The notes below the pieces were generated by a model. The model was not told the DNA's origin, ran no database searches, and was given only the letters and a program-made list of their open reading frames with translations. DNA of 64,000 bases from Candidatus Peregrinibacteria bacterium (GTDB lineage Bacteria > Patescibacteriota > Gracilibacteria > UBA1369): positions 128,001 through 192,000 of the forward strand of contig OY970195.1 in NCBI GenBank assembly GCA_963708185.1, written 5' to 3'. Positions 46,559-56,352 of this stretch are shown here, one piece after another. The stretch's first letter is position 1. Each line of letters starts with the position of its first letter. The position numbers and the translations under genes were made by a program.

Positions 46559-46981
46559 ATGACACGCATTCTCCTTGCAGACGACAACGAAGATACCGTC
46601 GCGGTCATGAAGCTTATCATCGACGGACAGACTGACAACGCCCACGAGGTCGTTGAGGTCTATAACGGACATGATGCGATCGCTGAAATACGGCGTGCCG
46701 AAAGCGCGAAAGTTTTCGGTTTGGTCATTACCGATTTTGAAATGGGACAAGGTCCCGACGGGGTTGATGTCGCCACCGAGGCGATCCGAAATAACATCGC
46801 CCACGTCTTTATCAACACGAGCTTTCAACAGGGTGATTCGACTTATGCCGGTAGCAAGCTTGCTGATGCTATGAAAAAGTATGGAAACATGAACGTCGTT
46901 CCCAAGATGGATTATGATGGTTTGCAAAAGCATATCTTCCCGCTTTTAGCTGAGGAAGAACCTATACGATTGAAGAAATAG
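46559..46981 (+). CDS. Stand-alone response regulator receiver domain (CheY-like)
   Basis: ILLADDN, LVITDFEM (phospho-Asp), INTS, VVPK. Confidence 0.8.
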   Translation: MTRILLADDNEDTVAVMKLIIDGQTDNAHEVVEVYNGHDAIAEIRRAESAKVFGLVITDFEMGQGPDGVDVATEAIRNNIAHVFINTSFQQGDSTYAGSKLADAMKKYGNMNVVPKMDYDGLQKHIFPLLAEEEPIRLKK

Positions 46982-47074
46982 TGTCCCCTCATACTCATGT
47001 CCTTTTTTTCAACATTGCATCTTCCCAAAAGATCTCGTTTCGTGTATAGTTTTGGTACTTTTTTGTTTTAATCC

Positions 47075-49348
47075 ATGGCTAAGAGACGCCAGAAATCTAC
47101 ATCACGCCGACGCCGTTCCACCAGCAGGAGAAAAAGTTCGCTCACGCTCGAAGTGAAGTCTTCAGTGATGCGGGAAATTTGGGCCGTGGTTTATCTCGGC
47201 CTCGGTTTTATCACCCTGTTGAGTCTGTGGAATAATTTCGGTCTGGCCGGAGAGGTCTGGGTTGGCATACTGAAGCCAATTTTGGGGTGGGGGATTGTCG
47301 CCCTCCCCTATATGTTTTTTGGAGCGGCACTCATGTTGTTTTTGGCCAAAGAGGTGGCATTCCCGCTTTCAAGAATTTTGGGGATTTTTTTCATGTTGAT
47401 CTCGGTTTTGAGTATTTTCCATCTCTCCGTTCCCATGGATCAGATTTACCTTGCCGCTTCACAGGGCTCGTACGGCGGATACGTCGGTTTCGTGACCAAT
47501 TTCATTCTGCGAGAAGTACTCAATGTGGGAACGCTGGGTGCCGGTGCGATATTCGTGACACTTTTTATAATTTCACTTCTGCTGACCTTCGAAATTTCAC
47601 TTCAGAAGGTTTTTGCTTTTTTTAACCCCCAGATTCGAATCGTTCGTAAACGCGCAGCGGCCAGAGGAGGGCGCGGTGATGAGGACGATGTTGAAGACAG
47701 TATGGAAGATGCCGATGAAGAAGACGAGGATCTTAAAAAAGTTTTTGAACCCGATGAAGAAGAAGCGGAAGCCGCGGCGCTCGCCGCTCTTAAGATTCAT
47801 CGTTTGCACGCCGATGATGAATCCGAGGCGGGCGACGAGGAATATAATCCGAAACCGCGCATTGTTCCCATTAAAGAAGAAAAAGAAGAAGCGCTCGTGG
47901 ATAAGGAAGGGGAGTATGCCGGATGGACGTTTCCTTCCCTTGATTTGCTTAATCCGGCCATGACGGATGTGGGATCGGATGATTCACTGCTCAAAGATAA
48001 TGCCCAGAAAATTCATGACAAACTGTCCCAGTTCGGCATCGAAGTGGCGATGCACGAGGTCCATGTCGGCCCGACGGTCATCCAGTATACGCTTCGTCCG
48101 GACGAAGGGATCAAGCTCTCAAAGATTACGGCGTTGAAGAGTGATCTTGCGCTTGCTCTTGCCGCGAAAGCTGTTCGTATCGAAGCGCCGATTCCCGGGA
48201 AGTCGTTAGTAGGAATTGAGGTTCCCAATGACCAGCGCTCGCTCGTCCATTTGCGCGAAATTCTTGAAAGCAAGGAGTATAAGGAGATCGAATCCAACCT
48301 TCGCCTTCCTCTGGGACGTGATGTTTCGGGGAAGCCGATGTGCGGTGACCTTGCTTCCATGCCTCATTTATTGATAGCCGGGGCAACGGGTTCAGGAAAG
48401 TCCGTAGGGATGAATACTTTTTTGATTTCTCTCATTTATCAGAACTCTCCGGCCGATCTTCGCTTCATCATGATTGACCCCAAACGCGTTGAATTGACGC
48501 CTTACAACGGGATCCCTCATTTGCTGACGCCGGTGATCACCGATCCAGAAAAGGCCGCTATCGGACTGCGTTGGGCCGTTGCTGAAATGAACCGTCGTTA
48601 TCAGCTTTGCGCCGAGCTCGGTCATAAAAACATTGAGGAGTTCAATACCTGCCAGGAGGTCCATGAAGAAGGTCGTGAGCTTCCGGGACACCAGAATATG
48701 CCCAACGTTGTCATTGTCATTGATGAGTTGGCCGATTTGATGATGGCCGCCGGGAAAGAGGTCGAAGCTTCGATCTGCCGTATCGCCCAGATGGCTCGCG
48801 CCGTCGGCATGCACCTGATCGTCGCGACCCAACGTCCTTCCGTTGACGTCATTACCGGTTTGATCAAAGCCAACGTTCCTGCTCGCATCGCCTTTGCCGT
48901 GAGCTCATCCGTTGATTCCCGCACGATCCTGGACGGTGGTGGGGCTGAAGATTTGCTCGGAAAGGGAGATATGCTTTATTTGCCCGGAGGCATGAGTAAG
49001 CCCGTCCGCGTCCAGGGCATTTACGTTTCGACGAAGGAGATTGAGCGTGTTATCAATAATATCAAGATTGCCGCTCCGCCGAATTACGTTGATGACATTG
49101 TTTCCCCGAAAGTCGCCCATGATAAAATCCAGGGTATTCCGGAAAGCTCGCTTGGTGAGGAGGATGACGAGGATCTGTACCAGAGAGCTTTGCAGCTTGT
49201 TGCTGAGTCGAGAAAAGCGTCCGCATCCCTTTTGCAGAGGCGTTTGAAGGTGGGATACGCGCGCGCGGCAAGGCTTTTGGATATGATGGAGGAAAATGGG
49301 GTTATAGGGCCCGTTAACGGAGCAAAACCCAGGGATATATACCTATAA
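47075..49348 (+). CDS. ftsK: DNA translocase FtsK
   Basis: N-terminal TM helices, GATGSGKS, IDELADLM, ATQRPS, gamma domain LLQRRLKVGYARAARL. Confidence 0.96.
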   Translation: MAKRRQKSTSRRRRSTSRRKSSLTLEVKSSVMREIWAVVYLGLGFITLLSLWNNFGLAGEVWVGILKPILGWGIVALPYMFFGAALMLFLAKEVAFPLSRILGIFFMLISVLSIFHLSVPMDQIYLAASQGSYGGYVGFVTNFILREVLNVGTLGAGAIFVTLFIISLLLTFEISLQKVFAFFNPQIRIVRKRAAARGGRGDEDDVEDSMEDADEEDEDLKKVFEPDEEEAEAAALAALKIHRLHADDESEAGDEEYNPKPRIVPIKEEKEEALVDKEGEYAGWTFPSLDLLNPAMTDVGSDDSLLKDNAQKIHDKLSQFGIEVAMHEVHVGPTVIQYTLRPDEGIKLSKITALKSDLALALAAKAVRIEAPIPGKSLVGIEVPNDQRSLVHLREILESKEYKEIESNLRLPLGRDVSGKPMCGDLASMPHLLIAGATGSGKSVGMNTFLISLIYQNSPADLRFIMIDPKRVELTPYNGIPHLLTPVITDPEKAAIGLRWAVAEMNRRYQLCAELGHKNIEEFNTCQEVHEEGRELPGHQNMPNVVIVIDELADLMMAAGKEVEASICRIAQMARAVGMHLIVATQRPSVDVITGLIKANVPARIAFAVSSSVDSRTILDGGGAEDLLGKGDMLYLPGGMSKPVRVQGIYVSTKEIERVINNIKIAAPPNYVDDIVSPKVAHDKIQGIPESSLGEEDDEDLYQRALQLVAESRKASASLLQRRLKVGYARAARLLDMMEENGVIGPVNGAKPRDIYL

Positions 49349-49446
49349 ATATTTTTTCAGGTTCAGCAACCATATTTTGTAACTTTTTTCCCGGATTTCC
49401 CTTATAAATTAAAGGTAAGGGATAACTTTCCAGAGTGCATATGCTA

Positions 49447-49474
49447 TTGACATTCAAGTTTTTTATGTTATATT
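49447..49474 (+). promoter_or_regulatory. Strong sigma70-type promoter for the paralog triplet
   Basis: TTGACA-N16-TATATT with extended -10 TGn. Confidence 0.65.
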
Positions 49475-49497
49475 AATTTCTTCATTGTTTTGTCGCT

Positions 49498-50403
49498 ATG
49501 AAAAATTTTGTGTCTCCATCGAACAAGCGGTTACGCCAGCCGGATGTTGCGGATCAAAACCTGAACGGACGAGTGAACCGTGCAGCGCAAGGTCCTGATG
49601 TTGTTCAAAATATCAAACGTTCCATCAGAACGTCAGCCCGAAGGGTTCTTGTTGTTTCTTCTTTGGTTTTTCCTTTTGCCGCCGCCGCCGCTTCACAGTC
49701 ATGTTCACTGGATACGCGCGGAACTGGAGAAGGTATGGAAATGGATTCAGGTACAGACTCACCATTACTCCAAGATGGAGGCGGTTTTCCCGAGACCGAA
49801 CCTTTTCCGGATGTCGTCACCGATGTCGTCGATGAGCCGGACGTCGCAGGTGATGCTCAAGCTGACGCCGATGCGGAAGTTGGTGCTGATTCGGGTCCGG
49901 ATGCTCCTGTTGATGCAGGGTTCGATGCCGATGCTGAAGTGGACGCTGATGCGGAAACTGAAGCCGGAGTCGATTCCGGCGATGCGGAAGCAGGTGCGGA
50001 TGCCGGGACAGACGCATCTTTATCCAACGATCCTTCGGCCAATGTATGTATTCACTGGCTGACTTCTCAATTGGGGACAACCCTGGGTTTTGCTTCGGAC
50101 AACCATGTCTGTGAGCCGAAACCATTGTCTTCCGTTCCGATCAAATCGGGAATCGACATGTATTTCTGGTCTAAAGACGGCTCGACAAATAATGAGATTC
50201 TTTTCAGTACGGTCATCAACCCAACGTCATATTCCAAAAAATGCAGTTCCTATTCCACCCCGCCGAACAAGGCCGAAATGGAAACGGAACTTTTTTCCAG
50301 TGGCTATGCCACCATTACCAATGGGGGAGTTTTACCGCAGGTGAAATTGACCGACGGCTCCTGTCCCAACGGCACTGCTTACGTTATCCATCTCAACCCT
50401 TAA
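49498..50403 (+). CDS. Putative surface lipoprotein, paralog 1 (DAG/DA-rich stalk and 4-Cys C-terminal domain)
   Basis: Hydrophobic segment then SQSC; acidic stalk; domain CIHWLT...WSKD...KCS.YS.PPNK...SCPNG from about 50020. Confidence 0.75.
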   Translation: MKNFVSPSNKRLRQPDVADQNLNGRVNRAAQGPDVVQNIKRSIRTSARRVLVVSSLVFPFAAAAASQSCSLDTRGTGEGMEMDSGTDSPLLQDGGGFPETEPFPDVVTDVVDEPDVAGDAQADADAEVGADSGPDAPVDAGFDADAEVDADAETEAGVDSGDAEAGADAGTDASLSNDPSANVCIHWLTSQLGTTLGFASDNHVCEPKPLSSVPIKSGIDMYFWSKDGSTNNEILFSTVINPTSYSKKCSSYSTPPNKAEMETELFSSGYATITNGGVLPQVKLTDGSCPNGTAYVIHLNP

Positions 50404-50412
50404 ATTTTTTCT

Positions 50413-51219
50413 ATGATTCAGCAACCGCACAATCAGGTTTCAAGGTCTCATGAACAGGATTCACGAACATTGGATGCTTTGACAGGCGTTCCCTCGAACG
50501 TGAACGGACGAAAGGTCCATGGCGTTCGCAGCCGCACCCAGGCCGCCATGCGTAAGCTTTTTGCCGTAGCGGGATTTTCCGCTCCGGTTATTTTAGCGGC
50601 TTCCACCTCGCTCGGGGCTTGCGGTCTGGAAGAAGGCGGTTTGCTTTTTCCGGATGACGGCTCGGCTGACGCTGCCCAGGAAAGTACCGTCTTTGAAGCA
50701 GGGAATCCCGACAGCGAAGCTCAGGATGCAGATGCTCAGGTTCTTCCAGACGCCGATGCGGACGACGGAGAGGCTGCCGCAGATTCATCCGCCGATGCGC
50801 CAGCTGATGTCGTTGATGCCGGACCGGTTGCGGGTCTTTCCAATGATGCTGACAAGAATAACTGCATCCATTGGTTGACCGAACAGCTCGGCACCACACT
50901 TTCCTACGACGCAGACAACCACACCTGTCTCTCAAAGCCTTTGGGGAATATTCCCGTCGGTTCGGGACAGGCGATTTATTTCTGGTCCAAGGACGCTCCG
51001 AATATGGATAAAATCGGATTTTCCACTGCGGTGGCTCCGAAAGACTATTCCACCAAATGCAGCACTTATTCCGTTCCGCCGAACAAGGCTGAAATGGAAA
51101 GTGAGGTTTTTACAAGCGGTTATTTTAGCACCTCCAACACCGCTTCTCTTCCGAACGTTGTTTTGACCGGCGGTTCTTGTCCGAACGGTAGTGATTTCAT
51201 CATCAATCTTGCTCCTTAA
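50413..51219 (+). CDS. Putative surface lipoprotein, paralog 2
   Basis: LGAC lipobox, DA-rich stalk, same C-terminal domain from about 50836. Confidence 0.75.
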   Translation: MIQQPHNQVSRSHEQDSRTLDALTGVPSNVNGRKVHGVRSRTQAAMRKLFAVAGFSAPVILAASTSLGACGLEEGGLLFPDDGSADAAQESTVFEAGNPDSEAQDADAQVLPDADADDGEAAADSSADAPADVVDAGPVAGLSNDADKNNCIHWLTEQLGTTLSYDADNHTCLSKPLGNIPVGSGQAIYFWSKDAPNMDKIGFSTAVAPKDYSTKCSTYSVPPNKAEMESEVFTSGYFSTSNTASLPNVVLTGGSCPNGSDFIINLAP

Positions 51220-51254
51220 CTTTTTTTCCCTTTATCTCTTTTTCACTTTTTTTC

Positions 51255-52187
51255 ATGAATCTTCAAAGAAATTCACTCAATGCGTTATCGGAACGGAGCC
51301 AGCAAAAGGCAACTTCAAGGCCCTCCACGGAAGCGGGGGGGAAGTGTTATAATCTTTGCAACGGGGTTCGCCGCAAAATCAACAGTGCCGTTTCCATCGG
51401 AGCACTGGTCGGTATCGCGGCCACCGCTTCAACTGAGCAGGCCTGCATGTATGATTTTGATCAGTTTATTGCCTGTGGAGACACCAACAAGGATCCAAGA
51501 TGTCAGGAACCCACAGGGTCCAGCTCTTCCGGTGAAGGCGGAGCTCCTTTAACAACGAGTGTTTCGTCGGCGGAAAGCGCTGGCGGTATGTCCACTTCGT
51601 CAGTCTCCTCCGGTATTGGAGGAATGGGAGGAATGAATGCCGTCGGCGGTGCCGGCGGAACGGGTGGAAACGGTGGCGCCGGAGGAATGGAAACATCGTC
51701 CAGTGTTGTTTCGAGCAGCAGCAGCGTTGTTTCGAGCAGCAGCAGCGTTGTTTCGAGCAGCAGCAGCAGCACCGGTTCGGGCGGCGGCGGTCCTCTGGGC
51801 CAGCTTTCCGACTCTTCCGGAGACAACGAATGCATCCACTGGCTGACCTCCACGCTCGGCACGACCCAGAATTTCGCATCCGACAACAATGTTTGCGACC
51901 CGAAACCTCTCGGCGACATTCCTCTCTCTCAAAACGAGAGTTTGTATGTCTGGTCAAAAGATCCGGCTTCGAACGATCACGTGAAGTTTATCCTTCAGGG
52001 AGGACTTACGCCGACCCAGATATCCACGAAATGCAGTACCTATTCCACTCCTCCGAATAAATTGCAAATGGAGGGAGAGCTTTTTTCCGGAGGGTATTCA
52101 AATATCTCCAGCATGGGCGTTCTTCCCGACGTTGAATTGTCAAATTCGAGTTGCCCCAACGGAGCGGCTTTCGTCGTCCAGTTCTAG
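51255..52187 (+). CDS. Putative surface lipoprotein, paralog 3 (G/S-rich stalk)
   Basis: EQAC, GGxGG and poly-Ser stalk, same C-terminal domain from about 51804. Confidence 0.75.
   Translation: MNLQRNSLNALSERSQQKATSRPSTEAGGKCYNLCNGVRRKINSAVSIGALVGIAATASTEQACMYDFDQFIACGDTNKDPRCQEPTGSSSSGEGGAPLTTSVSSAESAGGMSTSSVSSGIGGMGGMNAVGGAGGTGGNGGAGGMETSSSVVSSSSSVVSSSSSVVSSSSSSTGSGGGGPLGQLSDSSGDNECIHWLTSTLGTTQNFASDNNVCDPKPLGDIPLSQNESLYVWSKDPASNDHVKFILQGGLTPTQISTKCSTYSTPPNKLQMEGELFSGGYSNISSMGVLPDVELSNSSCPNGAAFVVQF
51705..51767 (+). repeat. Three perfect 21-bp tandem repeats (VVSSSSS)
   Basis: gttgtttcgagcagcagcagc x3. Confidence 0.9.
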
Positions 52188-52207
52188 CTGACATAACGTT
52201 AAGATGC

Positions 52208-52235
52208 TTGCAAGACGGCGCTCTGGGTATATAAT
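52208..52235 (+). promoter_or_regulatory. Sigma70-type promoter of galE
   Basis: TTGCAA-N16-TATAAT. Confidence 0.55.
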
Positions 52236-52263
52236 CCACAGGCGCCGTCTTTGTTTATACCGT

Positions 52264-53289
52264 ATGGAAAACACTACTTCATCAAAACAACGACATATCG
52301 TGGTTACGGGGGGAGCCGGCTATATCGGTTCCCACGCGGTCCGCGCACTTGTTTCAAAAGGATATCGGGTGACCGTCCTGGATAATCTTTCCAAGGGGCA
52401 TCGCGAAGCCGTTGATCCCAAGGCGCGTTTCGTGGAAATGGACCTGGCGGATGCCAAAACGTTAACCGCGTTTTTTCAACAGGGAAAGGTCGACGGGGTG
52501 ATGCATTTTGCCGGGTTGATCGAAGTCGGACTTTCGATGAAGGAGCCCGCCAGATTTTTTGAGAGCAATGTGGTGAACGGCGTGCATCTCCTGGAAGCTA
52601 TGAGGTCGGCCGGTGTTCGCACGATGATTTTCTCATCAACCGCTGCGGTGTATGGAAATCCTAAGCTTACCCCGATCGTTGAGGACGCCGAGCTTGATCA
52701 GACCAATTTTTACGGCCAGTCCAAGTATTTTTTTGAAGAAATTTTGAAAAAGTATGATGCTTTTTTCGGCTTCCGTTTCGCAGCCTTGCGCTATTTCAAC
52801 GCCGCCGGAGCCGATCCGAGCGGTGAGATCGGGCAGGATTATGAACCTTCGACCCATATCGTGCCGAGAGTCCTGCAGTACGCACTCGGGAAGATAAAAG
52901 ATTTTAAGATTTACGGTGAGGATTTCCCGACTCCGGACGGAACGTGCATTCGAGATTACGTTCACGTCAATGATCTCGTCGATGCCCATCTGCTTGCCCT
53001 CGAGTATTTATTTAACGGCGGAAAAAGCGATGCGTTCAATCTTGGGAACGGGAAAGGGTTTTCGGTCAAGGAGGTCATTGAGACGGCTCGGAAAGTCACG
53101 GGGCTGCCGCTTCCAGTGGAGGTCGGTCCGCGCAGGGAAGGGGACCCGGCTATTCTCGTGGCAGATTCGGTCAAAGCGAAGCAGGTCCTGGGATGGGAAC
53201 CGAAACTTTTTAAACTTGGAGACATCGTTGGGACGGCCTGGAAATGGCATCAGAACCATCCGAACGGTTATGCTTCTTCTAAGCAGTGA
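52264..53289 (+). CDS. galE: UDP-glucose 4-epimerase
   Basis: VTGGAGYIGSH, FSSTAAVYG, YGQSK, LRYFNAAGA, DGTCIRDYVHV. Confidence 0.95.
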   Translation: MENTTSSKQRHIVVTGGAGYIGSHAVRALVSKGYRVTVLDNLSKGHREAVDPKARFVEMDLADAKTLTAFFQQGKVDGVMHFAGLIEVGLSMKEPARFFESNVVNGVHLLEAMRSAGVRTMIFSSTAAVYGNPKLTPIVEDAELDQTNFYGQSKYFFEEILKKYDAFFGFRFAALRYFNAAGADPSGEIGQDYEPSTHIVPRVLQYALGKIKDFKIYGEDFPTPDGTCIRDYVHVNDLVDAHLLALEYLFNGGKSDAFNLGNGKGFSVKEVIETARKVTGLPLPVEVGPRREGDPAILVADSVKAKQVLGWEPKLFKLGDIVGTAWKWHQNHPNGYASSKQ

Positions 53290-53563
53290 TTCCGCTGAGC
53301 AGCGAAAAAACCACGGTCTTTGCTATGAAAATGATGAGCAGATAGAAGATGCTAGAAGCCAGAACCCCCATACTCAGTGCGCGGATAATTTCGTTGTCCT
53401 GGAATTTTTTCCAGCAAATAAATCCCGCAACGATGTTGATGCCGAGTTCTAGGACGGCGACGATTTGAAAACCAAGCGCTGACGTTAAAAGCATCACTGC
53501 CAGAACGAAGACGAGGAGGGCGGCAAGTGCTCCGATAACGCCGAAAAGGATTTTGTTGAACAT
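53279..53563 (-). CDS. Small membrane protein
   Basis: 94 aa with three hydrophobic helices, downstream of secA. Confidence 0.65.
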   Translation of the reverse strand: MFNKILFGVIGALAALLVFVLAVMLLTSALGFQIVAVLELGINIVAGFICWKKFQDNEIIRALSMGVLASSIFYLLIIFIAKTVVFSLLSGITA

Positions 53564-53573
53564 GGGCGTATGA

Positions 53574-56282
53574 TTAAGCGGCGCCGTGGCATTTTTTATA
53601 CTTTTTTCCGCTGCCGCAAGGGCAGGGGTCGTTGCGGCCGACTTCAGGCTGTTGTTTCTCGGGAGCCGTTGTCGTTGCTTTGACGACGACGGGATTTCCG
53701 CTTTGAGGATGCGCCGTTGACGTCGTTACGCTTCCAGCAACCGGAGTGCTTGAAGCTTCGACGATGTTCGAACCGTGTTTGTGTCCTGAAAGGACCTCTT
53801 CAATCTGGTCTTCGTTGGTTTTGAGTGCTGCAGGTTCGGCGGTTCCAAGCCGGAGGAACTGTTCGGGCAGTTGTTTCTTGAAGTCCACCTTGAAGATGGT
53901 GCCGATGGTATTGGCCTGGATGTCGTTGAGAAGTTTGGAAAACATTTCGAACGCTTCCTCCTTGTAGGAGATAAGGGGATCGCGTTGTCCGTAACCGCGG
54001 AGCGATACGGCTTCGCGAAGATGCTGCATATTGTCGATGTGCTCCATCCATAACGTGTCGATGACATTGAGGTAGACGCCGCGCTCGATCTGGCGCATGA
54101 CAGCCGGTTCTTTGAGCAGTTTTTCTTTCTCTTCGTATTCGCGGAAAAGATACATTTTTACTTCTTCGATGAGGTCTTCGCGGACGGCATGTTTTTCAAG
54201 GTCGGCAAGAGAGATCGGCGTTACAGGGTCGCGATGAATGGCATTGATGTCATTGAGGATTTCCTGATAGTTCCAACCAATATGTTCGCCGTCGCGATGT
54301 TCGGCGGTATGGATCATGACGATTTTTTCCACCTCTTTTTCGACAAGGACGATGATGTCGTTCTTGATGTTGTCGCTGTGGAGGACCTTGCGGCGCCTCG
54401 AGTAGATGATCTCACGATGTTTGTTCATGACGTCGTCGTACTCCACGAGATGTTTGCGGATGTCAAAGTTGCGGCCTTCAACCTTTTTCTGGGCGCTTTC
54501 GATGGAGTTGCTGATCCATTTGTTCTGGATGGGCATTTCATCGGGAACTTTCATGGTTTCCATGACGCTCTGGATCCGTTCTGCACCGAACAAGCGCATA
54601 AGATCGTCTTCCATCGAGACGTAGAATTGGCTCATACCCGGATCTCCCTGACGTCCGGAGCGGCCGCGGAGCTGGTTATCGATACGGCGGGACTCATGGC
54701 GTTCCGTGCCGATGACGACGAGACCGCCGAGGCCTGTGACGCCTTCACCGAGTTTGATGTCCGTACCGCGGCCCGCCATATTGGTGGCGATGGTGACCGC
54801 TCCTTTTTGCCCGGCTTTTGCGACGATTTCAGCTTCGCGTTCATGGTATTTCGCGTTCAATACGTTGTGAGGCACTCCTTCCATGCTTAAAAGCTTACTC
54901 ATAACTTCCGATTTTTCGATGGAGATGGTGCCGATGAGCACCGGTTGGCCTTTGTCGTGGAATTCTTTGACTTTCTTGGCCACGGAAAGATATTTTCCTT
55001 TCTGGTTTTTATAAACCATGTCTGCGGCGTCGTCACGGACGATGGGTTTGTTCGTCGGTATGACCATGGTTTCCAATCCGTAGATCTGCAGGAACTCTTC
55101 CGCTTCGGTCTGCGCGGTACCGGTCATGCCGGCGAGTTTCTTGAAGAGGCGGAAGTAGTTCTGGAAGGTGATAGTGGCGAACGTTTTACTTTCACGTTTG
55201 ACCTCGACTCCTTCTTTGGCTTCGATGGCCTGGTGGAGGCCGTCGGAGTAGCGGCGGCCGGCCATGAGACGGCCGGTAAATTCGTCGACGATGATGATTT
55301 CGCCGTCTTTGACGACGTAATCGATATCGTTTTTGTAGACAGTCTGCGCTTTGAGCGCTTGTTCGAGGTGATGGACTTCCATAAAACCGGCGTCGGTGTA
55401 GATGTTGTCCACCCCCATGAGCTGTTCCATTTTGGCGATCCCGGCTTCGGTCAGGGTCGCGGCTTTGAGTTTTTCATCGATCTCGTAATCCTTGTTTTCT
55501 TCGAGTTGTTTGACGAGCTGTGAATAACGTACGTACTTGGTGGTGGACTCCTCCCCCGGAGAAGATATGATGAGCGGAGTTCTGGCTTCGTCGATCAAAA
55601 TCGAGTCGACTTCATCGACGATGGCGTAATGCAGATCGCGCTGGACGATGTTTTCCACGTTCTGGGACATGTTGTCGCGCAGGTAGTCAAAGCCGTACTC
55701 GTTGTTGGTTCCGTAGGTGATGTCGGCCTGGTACGCGGCTTTTTTCTCCCCGCGAGGCTGGTCGTGGATGATGACGCCCACGCTCATGCCCAGGGCTCTG
55801 TAAAGACCGCCCATCCATTCGGCATCGCGCTGAGCCAGGTAGTCGTTGACCGTGACGACGTGGACACCCTTTCCGGTCAAAGCGTTCAAATAGACGGGAA
55901 AGGTACACACGAAAGTCTTTCCTTCACCTGTACGCATTTCGGCGATTTTCCCCTGGTGAAGGACGATACCTCCCAAAATCTGGACGTCAAAAGGAATGAT
56001 ATCCCAGTTGATCTCATTGCCGCGCACTTCCCATTTTTTCCCTACAAGTTTGCGTGAGGCGAATTTCACGAGCGCAAAGGCTTCCGGGAGCAGTGTTTCA
56101 ATGTCTTCTCCGTCTTGGAGACGTTTTTTGAACTCTTCGGTCTTTTTGACGATGTCTTCCTCATTCATGGATTGCTGGTAGTCCAGCTCGATCCTGTTGA
56201 TCTTTTCCACGAGCGGCCAGATTTTTTTGAGTTCTTTTTCGTTAGGATCACCAAGGATCTTGTTGATAATCTTGTGAATCAT
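53574..56282 (-). CDS. secA: Preprotein translocase ATPase SecA
   Basis: [61 protein letters not shown]. Confidence 0.97.
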   Translation of the reverse strand: MIHKIINKILGDPNEKELKKIWPLVEKINRIELDYQQSMNEEDIVKKTEEFKKRLQDGEDIETLLPEAFALVKFASRKLVGKKWEVRGNEINWDIIPFDVQILGGIVLHQGKIAEMRTGEGKTFVCTFPVYLNALTGKGVHVVTVNDYLAQRDAEWMGGLYRALGMSVGVIIHDQPRGEKKAAYQADITYGTNNEYGFDYLRDNMSQNVENIVQRDLHYAIVDEVDSILIDEARTPLIISSPGEESTTKYVRYSQLVKQLEENKDYEIDEKLKAATLTEAGIAKMEQLMGVDNIYTDAGFMEVHHLEQALKAQTVYKNDIDYVVKDGEIIIVDEFTGRLMAGRRYSDGLHQAIEAKEGVEVKRESKTFATITFQNYFRLFKKLAGMTGTAQTEAEEFLQIYGLETMVIPTNKPIVRDDAADMVYKNQKGKYLSVAKKVKEFHDKGQPVLIGTISIEKSEVMSKLLSMEGVPHNVLNAKYHEREAEIVAKAGQKGAVTIATNMAGRGTDIKLGEGVTGLGGLVVIGTERHESRRIDNQLRGRSGRQGDPGMSQFYVSMEDDLMRLFGAERIQSVMETMKVPDEMPIQNKWISNSIESAQKKVEGRNFDIRKHLVEYDDVMNKHREIIYSRRRKVLHSDNIKNDIIVLVEKEVEKIVMIHTAEHRDGEHIGWNYQEILNDINAIHRDPVTPISLADLEKHAVREDLIEEVKMYLFREYEEKEKLLKEPAVMRQIERGVYLNVIDTLWMEHIDNMQHLREAVSLRGYGQRDPLISYKEEAFEMFSKLLNDIQANTIGTIFKVDFKKQLPEQFLRLGTAEPAALKTNEDQIEEVLSGHKHGSNIVEASSTPVAGSVTTSTAHPQSGNPVVVKATTTAPEKQQPEVGRNDPCPCGSGKKYKKCHGAA

Positions 56283-56352
56283 AATTTTTGGAGTTCAAGC
56301 GCACGAAACAGTCTAGTGGAGTTTGTTTCTTTAGGCAATCCCAGTTCGGCTG

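Noticed and set aside
49399-49422. Inverted repeat tccctta...taaggga between ftsK and the triplet
   Set aside because: It is a single AT-rich copy; terminator, operator and chance cannot be told apart
49620-49660. Tat signal in the paralog triplet
   Set aside because: RR or RK is present but the S/T-R-R-x-F-L-K consensus is poorly matched, and no tat genes are seen in the window
51600-51800. CRISPR array
   Set aside because: The repeats are contiguous coding tandem repeats with no spacers, and no cas genes are present
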